A DNA stretch of 64,000 nucleotides from positions 129,828,001-129,892,000 of the forward strand of contig NC_043000.1 of NCBI RefSeq assembly GCF_006345805.1. Direction: 5' to 3'. The translations under genes and the position numbers were made by a program. A model generated the notes under the pieces. That model was not told the DNA's origin. It searched no databases and worked only from the letters and a program-made list of their open reading frames with translations. The DNA is from Octopus sinensis (taxonomy: Eukaryota). This document shows positions 12,038-23,955 of this stretch, piece after piece. Positions within the stretch are counted from its first letter, which is position 1, and every line of letters starts with the position of its first letter.

Positions 12038-14954
12038 ATATCGAGTAGTAGCGAATTTTCCACTTGCTTTATACTATACTCTCTTAAAAAACAATGACAT
12101 TGAAAATTTAAAATGTGATTACTAAGGCTAGAACAACTTTAATAATAGGTCTATTTCGTCAGGCAGAATCGGAGTCCAGCGGCAACAGTCACAAAAGCAA
12201 CAAGAAGAATAGAAAAAAGAACAAGAAGTTATGTGACAATCAAATTTCAGGACAACGGAAAAAAAAATTGCACATTTGTGTGTACCTTTCGTGTGTGCGC
12301 ATGTGTGTTTCTTTGCACTTGTTTGTACGCGTATAAGATCGGAGAGAGAGAGAGGCAGGCAAATACAAGGAGGATACAAATTAACATTATTATAAACATA
12401 ACCAACAGCATTGAGATCGATAAACTGGAAAGCTGCCTATTAGAAGTAACAGGCAGTTGTTGGCGCTCCTATAGTTAACGTTGAAAGCGAAGGACTTTAG
12501 ACATAGAGACGATTGGTCAGATATAGGAGCACATGCCGTAGAGACACATTTTAGACGCTGTTACGGCTGGTCACACCCTCATCTGCTTCACACGCGTAGC
12601 AACAGGCTTCAATTCTTACGTATATGTGTATGTGACAACTCCTCATTGCAAAGTGTAGACTTACTGAGTCGAAAATATCGGCTTGTGTGACGTCACGGAG
12701 TAGAGATATTCTGGTTTTGCTTTGTTTTGTTTCTGTTTTAAATTTAATTCCTTTATTTCGGCCATGAAATTACAACCAGCACTGAGTGTATAATCAGAGC
12801 CAATGATAATGCATTTATAGTTCTGTGACAGGCAAACAATGGCACTAGGGTGTCAACGCCATTTGTTCTTCCTTATAAATGAACAAATAAAACATCAACA
12901 ATGGCAGCAAATTTGTAAATTGCAAAAATTATGAAAAATTCAGATTTAAAAACTGGTAATTTATAGAATACAGGAAGTATAGCGACACCATTTTATGACG
13001 ATCCGCCGACGACATTCTGAGTTTCCTATTTGTATGTTAACACAGGTGTCTTTAAACAGTCTTTCTGAGTTAAAATGAATATTACAGTTATCCTTGTAAA
13101 TAATATATGTATCGTTTTCTATTTTTTAAAAGCTGTTTTTATTTTGTATATTAATCTAGTTTACATGTCACTATCTTTCGCACAAATCAGTAAATGTTTT
13201 TTTGCAGATCTCTGTCGCAGCAGATATTTTCCAATTTAGTTTAGAATGTCGACTGACGAGAAAAAAAGGAGGTTGAAACATCGTATCTGACGAACCGCGT
13301 TCGATAGTCTGAGCAAGGTGTGCGATCTTTAGGAAAGAAGACTCTGAGGAGTTTCTGCGAGGTAAACTATTACATACTGTTCTTTTCCACATTTATAAAT
13401 ACATTTTACATGCTATACACAGTTATTTTAATGTAATCTATGTCATGTAATTATATTTGGTGATAAGGTATAGATTGTAAAACCTGGATTACTTACTGAT
13501 TATTGTGTACAAACAACGAGTATTAGATTATTCAATGGACAAGAAGGAACAGAATCAATCAATTAATCAATCTAATTATTTGTCTATCTGTCTATTCGTC
13601 TATGTAGGTAATTTTCTCGCTTGCTAGCACTCTGGTTGCACTACGTACATATATAGAAATATGATATATACTAATGTTTGCTTTTATATAAAGTTATATA
13701 TATAAAAAAAACAAACAAACAGTAATGCGAATGGTCACTCAATACTTTTAGTAGAATTCATACTTATTGGCATTCACAAGTAAAAATTTGACAGTGGCGT
13801 CAGTTTCGGCTTACTAGCTGTCATGAGACAGCGATTTTCTTTAAATCTTCAGGTTTTATTTATTGTTTCTCTTCGTTGGTGACGTTATGTAAATAAAACT
13901 TAAGCGTGATGAAAGCAGAGAAAAGTGGTTGTATAGAAAGGGATGGTGGAAACAAGTTTTCTGGTTTGATACAGAAACTTTGTTATTATATGGGTTTTAT
14001 CAAGCGTAAAGGAGGGTATCATAAATAAACGTTTATATGAGTTCTCCGCGGCAGATATGTATTATTCAGGCCACAATTTGTATTGGTTGGAAAATCTTCG
14101 TGTATATGATGGTGTGTAGTTTTTAATTCGTAAGCTAAAAATAGTGACCCAATCTCTTTCAAGCCATACTTGATATCTTTAAAAACGTACAGACACATTA
14201 GATATGGTTCCAGATATTCTGATGTTTGAATCTAAATAAGTCTGGAGGTAGATGTGCTATATTTGACACTAAAAATAAATGGAATGGAATGGAATTGCCA
14301 ATGCATAAATGCTGTTGATCAAAGTATTGCTTTGAGTGATCAGGAGAAGCTTAAACTACAGCACAGAAATAGATACAGCTTGCGATGCTTTCACTTGTTC
14401 TAAAACATTATTACTTATGTGTTTGTTCTCAGCGACCCGAAATACTATTACTTAACACTGTAGAAATATAGTATGTTGTGATGCAGGCATATTACTTCTT
14501 AAAGGACATTAGTAGCGATAGTAAGACGAAATAGCAATAACCAAAAATCGAAAGAGACATTGATTCAGTTTATCAATGTCTCTTGTTCCGCTTTGTTCGT
14601 CACAGTCGCAGAGAATACTGATCGAATTTTGATGGCGGAGAAATGAAAGGAAAAAGAAATGATGAACGTTTAATAATCAATTTCGTTATACTTGTTGACC
14701 AGAATGTTGTCTGTGAAGAATTTCAGAAAATTTACAAATAATCAATCCCTGGACTTAGAACAAACTCAAAAGAATGCGGGAGTATGTAGAAGCGAAACAT
14801 ATATTTGTGTTAAGTTAGTTGCAGCATTACTTTCGACTCCCAAGAACATAGTAGGCCTTTATATAGGTGGTCGACCGACAAGAAATAGCAACCAAAACTT
14901 CATCAAATCACATTTTGAAAAGGATCATAGCCGAAATACCATTGATCATCGTCG

Positions 14955-15157
14955 TCGTGGCATTCCATGGGTTACGACGACGAGGTTCCGGTTGATCCGA
15001 TCAATGGAACAGCCTACTCGTCAAACTAACGTGCAAGTGGTTGAGCACTCCACAGACACCTAGTTTTTGGGAAGATTCAGTGTGACACCGAGTGTGACAA
15101 GGCTGGCCCTGTGAAATACAGGTACAACAGAAACAGGAAGAAAGAGTGAGAGTTGTG
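14955..15157 (-). mobile_element. 3' half of SINE B1, ending at a (CTA)n tract
   Basis: Reverse complement of the 7540-7750 tail (ggttacgacgacgagg, aacgtgcaagtggttgagcactccacagacac, aaatacaggtacaacagaaacaggaag). Confidence 0.75.
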
Positions 15158-15227
<70 letters not shown>

Positions 15228-15262
15228 TACGACTACTACTACACTACTACTACTACGCTACT
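15158..15262. repeat. (CTA)n microsatellite
   Basis: Direct reading. Confidence 0.95.
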
Positions 15263-15404
15263 GGAAGCCCTCTTGATAGAGTAAACATGTGATCAAAGGC
15301 TTTAAGCAAATGAACTTTACTAAGCATAAACTGAAAATGGAAGAAAGTAAAAGTCATACTGAGTAAAATTCAAATTATGATACGGATTTTATAGTTTCAT
15401 AAAT

Positions 15405-15930
15405 ATATACTTATAACCACGTGGTTTCCTGTTCAGTCCCATTACATGACTTGGGCAAACGTCTACTACCACACCTCTGAACCTGGCTAATGCTTTCTGA
15501 ATAAAATTGGTTGATGGAAATTGTGCAGAAGACCAACACCATCACCTGACAACCGGTGTTGGATATTTTTATTTCCAGTAGACCAGTGCTCCGCAACCGG
15601 TATACCGTGACATATTGGTGTACCATAAGGCGGTGCTAGGTGTGTCGCAGTGTAGCCTGAAAACACTTTTTCCCCTGTACTTTTAGTTATATATTTAGTT
15701 GGTTCAGGTGTACCGCCGAATTTTGAAAGGAATATAAGTGTACCGCAAGTGAAACAAGATTGCACAGCACTGCTCTAGGCTATCGGTTCGGCGAAAGAGA
15801 CCAATAAAATAAGCACAAGATTAAACAAAAATGAACTGGTCTCGATTATTTCCATAAGACTCTTCAATATGGTACAGCAGCACGGCTGCAATCCAATGAG
15901 TGAAACAAGTAAAATATAAAAGAGAGATAT
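15405..15930 (+). mobile_element. Old SINE family A copy interrupted by a MITE
   Basis: Degenerate head (gttcagtccc...cttgggcaaacgtct) and tail (cggttcggcgaaagagacc...aatgagtgaaacaagtaaaa) on either side of 15584-15772. Confidence 0.55.
15584..15772. mobile_element. hAT (Charlie-like) MITE
   Basis: Termini CAGTGCTCCGCAAC / TTGCACAGCACTG; flanks CAGTAGAC / CTCTAGGC are a degenerate 8-bp TSD of NTCTAGAN type (5 of 8 match). Confidence 0.5.
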
Positions 15931-16679
15931 TTCATGAATGTGGATATTATGCCGGCAATCCATCACACTTCCTTTGTGAAATATTGGTTTTTAATTTGTT
16001 GCAATAATTAACACAATTCATGGAATGGATTTCATACAAAAAAACCTGAGTCGAATGAAACAGTTTCTGTGTTGTACACTTTGAAACCATATGCAAATAT
16101 AATGCCTAACAGTTAACTAGATCTCTTCCAATTGGAATTAAATGCGGAAAATTGAGTCATGGAATAAGAAATAAACGCTTGGCTATTTGTAAACACGTTG
16201 GAATTACTGTTGAATGTAATCCATTTCTCTCACCTTTTAATGCTGTGGGTGAAAGTATGCACATCCAGCTTCCTTACCGAACCCACAACACACCCTTCTC
16301 AAAATAAATGGTGTTTTAACTAAGACAGAAGGCATTTTTATTTTCATTAACAAACATGAAATTGAAAAGAATAAAATATATTGGTGAAACACTAGCGTAA
16401 AAAGGAAACAAATGGCATAAGCTGAGGTGGTAAATGAATTAACTATGCTACGTTTGAGTATAGCTGGCTTGTTTAGAAAATGAGATTTTTCTGCATTTTA
16501 TTTTAAGAAACAATGCTTTTAAAACGGAATTCATTTTTGTTAAGTAACTCTTATAAATAAACAAAATAAGATATAAATGAACTACTAAGTGAATAAGTGA
16601 TGAAAGTGCAAATAGAAAGACACACACATACACACAGACACGCACGCACTCACACACAGAGTGTATGTGTATATATATA

Positions 16680-16746
<67 letters not shown>

Positions 16747-16748
16747 GA

Positions 16749-16885
16749 ACATGTAAATAAATATCTATACATATAAAAGAGAAAGAGATACATCACATTT
16801 ATATATATATATATATATATAACATGTAAATAAATATCTATACATATACATACATACATCACATTATATGTATAAATATATATAT

Positions 16886-16934
<49 letters not shown>

Positions 16935-16980
16935 CATGTAAATAAATATCTATACATATACATACATACATCACATTTAT
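16749..16980. repeat. Three tandem copies of an AT-rich unit separated by (TA)n
   Basis: aacatgtaaataaatatctatacatata recurs at about 16749, 16821 and 16933. Confidence 0.85.
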
Positions 16981-17685
16981 ATATAAATATATATATATAT
17001 ATATATACATATATTACACTAAGTGAAACACACGCACAAATTTGTGAACATGTGAGGCAAGCCGTGTGTATTTGTGCGTATAAGTAATATAACATTATGT
17101 GTGTGTATGTATATATGTGTATGTGTATTTATATTATCGAAAGCTTGAGGCAAAAATACCAATATGAAGATAAATATAAAGAGAAGCTGAGACATTGATG
17201 TAAATAGATGAGAGTAATGAAATATTTTTAGATAAAAATATGCATAAAGACACATAGTTATAAATAATTTCTAATTGTGTAACGATGAAAGAATTTCTCA
17301 GAATAGAATTAAATGACTAAACGCAACTGTTCCTTGTGTAATTTTTATTGAATACTTCCGGTCTGGTCTGATCTAATAAACGTATGGTATGATCAAACGC
17401 GATCTAACCGTGACCATCTCATCTCTCTATCCCGTGTATGTAATGTATGAGTATTGGAAGGAATGGATTTTAGAGAAATAGCAATATAGATATGCATTCA
17501 TTGTATACTTTGATGTACAGAAAAAAGAGAAGGGAGGCAGTTTCTCGATAGATTGTTTTTTCGATTTGTTGACCAATTCTCAGAAAAGACCCACCCTATT
17601 TCCATTTGCAATCAATAGTGTAGAATATTCATTAGTTAAAGAATGCAGTCATATAATACGAGAAAGCGAGTAGTTAATATATATA

Positions 17686-18158
17686 TATTTCTTTACTACC
17701 CATAAGGGGCTGAACACAAAGGGGACAAAAAAGGAAAGACAAAGGGATTAAGTCGATTACATCGCCCCCAGTGCGTAACTGGTACTTAATAGGCGGCGAG
17801 CTGGCAGAATCGTTAGTACGCCGGGCGAAATGCTTAGCCGTGTTTCGTCTGCCGCTACGTTCTGAGTTCAAATTCCACCGAGGTCGACTTTACCTTTCAT
17901 CCTTTCGGGGTCGATAAATTAAGTACCAGTTACGCACTGGGGTCGATATAATCAACTTAATCTGTCTGTCTGTCCTTGTTTGTCCTCTTTGTGTTTAGCC
18001 CCTTGTGGGTAGTAAAGAAATAGGTACTTAATTCATCGACCCCGAAAGGATGAAAGGCAAAGTCGACCTCGGCGAAATTTGAACTCAGAACGTAATGGCA
18101 GACTAAATACGGCAACGCATTTCGCCCGGCGTGCTAACGTTTCTGCCAGCTCGCTGCT
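17686..18158 (-). mobile_element. SINE family C host copy, split by an insertion
   Basis: 3' part at 17686-17790 and 5' part at 18023-18158 are both reverse complements of the family C sequence. Confidence 0.8.
17791..18022 (+). mobile_element. SINE family C, full-length copy inserted antisense into another family C copy
   Basis: Head aggcggcgagctggcagaatcgttag, box B gagttcaaattcc, central tttcatcctttcggggtcgataaattaagtaccag; 10-bp TSD GGTACTTAAT at 17781-17790 and 18023-18032. Confidence 0.85.
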
Positions 18159-18284
18159 TTATTAATTGCAATTTTGATAACTGGCCTTAAATCTAACAAC
18201 AGATATTTTATGCTCATGACAGAATATATCAGAAGCTCTGTAATTAATTTAAATATTTAAAAATCTAGATGTAGGAGAGGAGGA

Positions 18285-18610
18285 GAAGCACTCCGTCGAT
18301 TACGACGACGAGCGTCCCAGCTGATAGGATCAACGGAACAGCTTGCTCGTGAAATTAACGTGCAAGTGACTGAGCTGAGCAATCCACAGACACGTGTATC
18401 CCTAACGTAGTTCTCAGGGAGATTCAGCGTGACACAGAGTGTGACAAGGCCGGCCCTTTAAAATACAGGTACAACTCATTTTTGCCAGCTGAGTGGACTG
18501 GAGCAACGTGAAATAAAGTGTCTTGCTCAAGCACATAACGCGTCGCTGGGAATTGAACTCCCGACCTTACAATCGTGAGCCGAACGTCCTAACGACTTAG
18601 CCACGCGCTT
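18285..18610 (-). mobile_element. Chimeric SINE: CORE-like head joined to B1 tail
   Basis: Head gcgcgtggctaagtcgttagg...gagttcaattccc...cttgagcaagacactttatttcacgttgctccagtccactcagctg joined at gttgtacctgtattt to the tail seen at 7565-7750. Confidence 0.75.
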
Positions 18611-18942
18611 AGTGGTTAGGGCATTCGGCTCACGATTGTAATAAAAAGTGAACACATTACTTCTGTGTTACAGTAATACGAGATAAATGGTCGAGTGTCA
18701 GGTAGACTGGCTAAGGATTTATTAATTGCCCTTTAGAGAAGACGTATTTGGTCTCATTTTCTGATTATTAACACAAGAATTTCAGCTAATATTTTGCCAA
18801 ATATAAAGAGCATGGAATGTATTTACATTTTTTTTTCTCACAGCTTGGATTTGTATTATTCAAATACCTTTCAGTACTTCTGATTCGGGCCTTTTTAACT
18901 ACAAAATGTATAATACACAGACACACACACACTCTCTCTCTC

Positions 18943-19035
<93 letters not shown>

Positions 19036-21379
19036 AAATGACCTGATGAACATAACTGAAAGTGCTAAGTTCGTTGCACGTCAAGTCCTCGCCACAAATC
19101 TTCGTTTGTTAAGCAATTGTACTTCACGCTACAATCATCTCTATATATAATCTGTCTATATGTAAGTTCTACTGGGTCAATAACCTGGAATGCGTTGTGC
19201 TAAAACATCTTTTTTATTGCTGTAACGGACTCGCTGACTGGCGTCTGCAGATGGTTTCCGTTGGATGATATATAAGGAAAATAAGGTAGCGGTTGATGAA
19301 TGTTATTCGGTGGGGTGGTGTTTTTTCTTTCTCTGTTCGCGTTTAGTTGAAGATCGAACCTGATCTTGTGGACATATGAGAAAAGAGATTTCTGCAGTTT
19401 ATTTTAAATGAGCTCAGAACCAGTCCACCTGACACTCGACGATTTTTCATAACTACTGAATATTCTACAGTATTGATTGCAGATGGAAATAGGGTCAACA
19501 AAGCGAAAAAATGGTGCATCAAGAAACTGCCTCCCTTCTCTATTCCTGTACATCAAAGTATAGAATGAATGCTTAGGACTATATAATCCAATGTATCCCT
19601 TCAGATTTTAAGACGGTATGACTATTCATGAATCAGTACATTTGAGCGGTCAAAAAATTATATCTACTTCTGGATGGCCACAGGATAAAGAACAAATTAA
19701 TGTATAATCTCTTTCGCTTGCTCTCTCTTTCTCTCACTTTACGCACGCACACACACCCTCACACAAAGGCATGCCATGTATGATGATTCATCCGAGATTC
19801 CTTAATTGTCTTCTTTTCCTTCCCACAGATATTGAGGCCAAATAAGTAATAGACAATTACTCTAATATGCAATTAACTACTAAATCCTTGCACTGAAAGA
19901 TAAGCTCGATTTTAGGTAAGTTCAGCTGCCTAGAGTAAAGCATATTCATAAACTTTCTGTGACACAAAGACACACACACACGTAAGCACACACACACACA
20001 CACACACATACATGCATATATACATATGTATACATAAATGCACGTACACACACACACATAGGTATATACGACTGGCTTCTTGCACTTTCTGTCTATGGTA
20101 ATCTCGAGGCTATATTGAAAGACACTTGCCCAAGGTGCCACTCGATGGGACTGAACCAGGGACCACGTGATTGGAAAGCAAAGTTCTTACCACATGACCA
20201 CACTGCTTTCTAAAATTCAGTCTTACTCTATTTTGTCAGCTATGTATCTAAACATAGGCTTATGTACCAGATAAATTACATATATGTGTGTGCGTGTATT
20301 TGTATGTGTGTATATTTGTATGTGCACCTCTGTCTCCTTGTATGTGCATGTTTGAGTGTGTCTATGTGTATAGGTTTGTGTGAATATGTGCGTGTGTCTG
20401 TTATGTATGGATATGTCTCCATATATACCTTTGTGTGTGCGTCTGTGAAGTGTGCTGGTGTTTATATGGTCATATGTTTCAGTCTTCATTTGCGTTTTGT
20501 AAATGTGTATGTGTGTGTGATTGTTCTTCCGTATTACCTATGTTGTCTATCTATTTACCTATCCATATTTATTTATGTGTGTGTGTATACGTCTACATAA
20601 CGTCCTACTAACAACTCTGCCTGTGTATATATAACTGTGTGTATTGGGGCATGACTATCTTCTGCATATATTCCCTATTTAGTCCTGGAGATGTTTCATT
20701 TATGAGGACGTACTTATGTATTTGTCTGGGTGTTGGGTCCTTCGGGTGCTTCAATAAAATGCGGGTGTCAAGGTGACGCAGTGTACTTCATGTTGGTCCT
20801 TAACACTTTGGTAGAGTATGGAGGACTGATTTTTGTCGTCATATTGTCTCAAATGTTCGTATATATATATATATACAGACATAATTAAAGGATAAAATCA
20901 TTAAAATTAATGAATTTTGTCAGTAGCCTGCATATTAAAAAGTAAACTTTTAGGTAAAATTCATATAGAGAGATATTATAATTGTATTGAATACAATTAT
21001 AATTGAAGGCACATAAGTAACCCTGCTTATATGCTGAAAATAGACGCCAAATACGTCTAGCCACTCAAAATCTTAGATGTATTAAGCGTCTATTGTCAGA
21101 ATATATGCATGGTTGCTTCTGTACTCTTAATTGTACTTGTACTCTATATAATTATATATATCTGTCTTGTGTGATATATTCACCATTTGTCTACTCTCTA
21201 CACCTCGATAGAAACAGAAATTTTTGTCATAATTCTAATTAATTTTAAATTATTTATTAAATAGTTTCCGAAAAAATACCTCGGTATAAGATTATTAAAT
21301 GAGATAGAAATGTGTACTGTAGAAGCGACTACCAATTATCTATATGTACACACACATTACAAACAGAGATACATATATA

Positions 21380-21389
21380 TCTATCTACC

Positions 21390-21458
<69 letters not shown>

Positions 21459-21572
21459 ATATCTGTCTATCTATCTGTCTGTCTATCCATCTACCTATAC
21501 ATGTATGTAGATAAATATAAAGATGTACATGAATATGTAACGTGTGTGGTGCTTAATATGCTGTTATATATA

Positions 21573-21639
<67 letters not shown>

Positions 21640-21640
21640 T
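21380..21640. repeat. Compound (TA)n microsatellite
   Basis: Direct reading; source of YIYI-type spurious ORFs. Confidence 0.9.
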
Positions 21641-22156
21641 ATATATATCATACACTTATGCATTCATATCCAGCATATATGTGTGTGTGTGTGTGTATAA
21701 GTGTATGTGTGCGTATGTGTATATGTATACGCACATAGATGCATAAATATATAAACTACAGCTTGGTGAGACCATTATTGCATAGCGAAACATTATAGAA
21801 AGAATATTATGGGATTGCTGAATTGAAGGTAATAAACTGACTGAATGATTTTTCTGAAATAAACGGAAACGCGAATTGCGAATATTTGTGTGTCAGGAAA
21901 AAGTTCCGGTTTATTATGTTTAGGAAAGCGTGTTCCTTACTTGGGTTTATGGTTGCCTGTGTTTTATAAACAATTGACTGAATTGCATACATGAGCATAC
22001 GCACGCATGCGCATACATATACACACATACACATGCCTGCCTTGAAGATACATACCTCTACGATAAAGTAGTAAGGTTCATTGAAGCATATACGAGGAAT
22101 TATAAAGGTAAAAGCACAAAAACTAATAAATTCTGGGTAACACATGCGTATGTATG

Positions 22157-22215
<59 letters not shown>

Positions 22216-22893
22216 GTATATATATATGTGTATATATATATATCCATATATATACATACATATATCCATATATATACATATATCCATATATACATATATC
22301 CATATATATATATATATATATATTTATGTATATTGTGTGCGTGTTTATGCACATGTATACACATATGTATATACTCCTGTGCGAGGCGAGTACGTAACAC
22401 ATGTATATGTAAACAGATAGCTATACAGATACGCAACGTATATGCAAATATATATAGTGAAATATAGAGGAATACTGTAGCTTCACACTGACTGATATAT
22501 CGATTCAGTTTTAACTTAGCACAATACTATTCAATTATGAAATAAGAAACATATCTCGTTATAGGTACCGCCTGCTAGTATATGAGCAAGAAAAGCAAAT
22601 GTATATATATATATGTATTATACGTATGGATAGTATGTATGTATATATCGTATATATATATGTATGTCTGTATCTATGTGAAGTATGTAACTATAACATA
22701 CATTTACATAAAATGTAATCTATACGTTGGGTTATATCAACCATATAGTTTATACAATTCCTATCGTTAATACGATCGGATGAGGGAGATCCTACATGCT
22801 TGTTCTAAATGCTAGAAATATCACCATATATCCCTTAAAGCACATTTTTCTGTCTTACAAAACTAAAGGAGAACTTCAGAAGACTATATCCTT

Positions 22894-22922
22894 ATACATA
22901 CATACATACATACATACATACA

Positions 22923-22952
<30 letters not shown>
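22894..22952. repeat. (CATA)n microsatellite
   Basis: Direct reading. Confidence 0.95.
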
Positions 22953-22956
<4 letters not shown>

Positions 22957-23545
22957 AATTAGAAAAAAAACACCTTTTATCAATTCAAAATGAACAATCA
23001 AATTACTCCATCTAGAAAATTACATATAATGAAAATATCAAAATTAAAATAACAATAAAATACCGATGATTAAGTAAATTGCAAATGAATAATAAAAACG
23101 TGTATAATTGTTTGAATTATATTCCCTCAAATTAATATTAATATTCCCTCAAATAATTATATATATATATATAGAAGATGCCCATCCTGGAATACTTTTA
23201 AAACTAGATCTGTTTGACCAGGTCTGATTTGGGCTTAAAGCAATATTTTTCATTGAGTGCGTTGTGAGGAATGAAAATAGGTCAAACAAATTATTAGGTC
23301 TAATAAATTTAAAACGGTGATAAACTATTAAATTTGTCCAACACCATTGTGAAGAATGAATAACTATGAGAATGCAAACTGTATTTTATCATGTTATTAA
23401 TGGAGCGTTGAAGGAGACAAAAAATATGGTAATACTAATGTTTGGAAGCATATGAGTTGAATGCTACCGAGTTAAACAACAACGATGTGGTAAATAGTGC
23501 CTAAGGGTAGCATACAACCTGGTCGGGGAGGAGGATGATTGAGTA

Positions 23546-23955
23546 TTACTCTTTTACTCTTTTACTTGTTCCAGTCATTTGACTGCGGCCATGCTGGAGC
23601 ACCGCCTTTAGTCGAGCAACTCGACCCTGGGACTTATTATTTTTGTAAGCCCAGTACTTATTCTATCGGTCTCTTTTTGCCGAACCGATAAGTGACGGGG
23701 ACGTAAACACACCAGCATCGGTTGTCAAGAAATGCTAGGGGAACAAACACAGACACACAAACACATACACATACATATATATATATATATACGACAGGAT
23801 TCTTTCAGTTTACGTCTACCAAATCCACTCACAAGGCATTGGTCGGCCCGGCGCTGTAGCAGAAGACACTTGCCCAAGATGCCACGCAGTGGGACTGAAC
23901 CCGGAACCATGTGGTTGGTTAGCAAGCTACTTACCACACAGCCACTCCTGCGCCT
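23546..23955 (-). mobile_element. SINE family A, full length
   Basis: Reverse complement of 7897-8312 along its length, ending gccactcctgcgcct. Confidence 0.9.

Noticed and set aside
19043-19075. CTGATGA...GAAAG
   Set aside because: No helix II pairing and no helix I complement.
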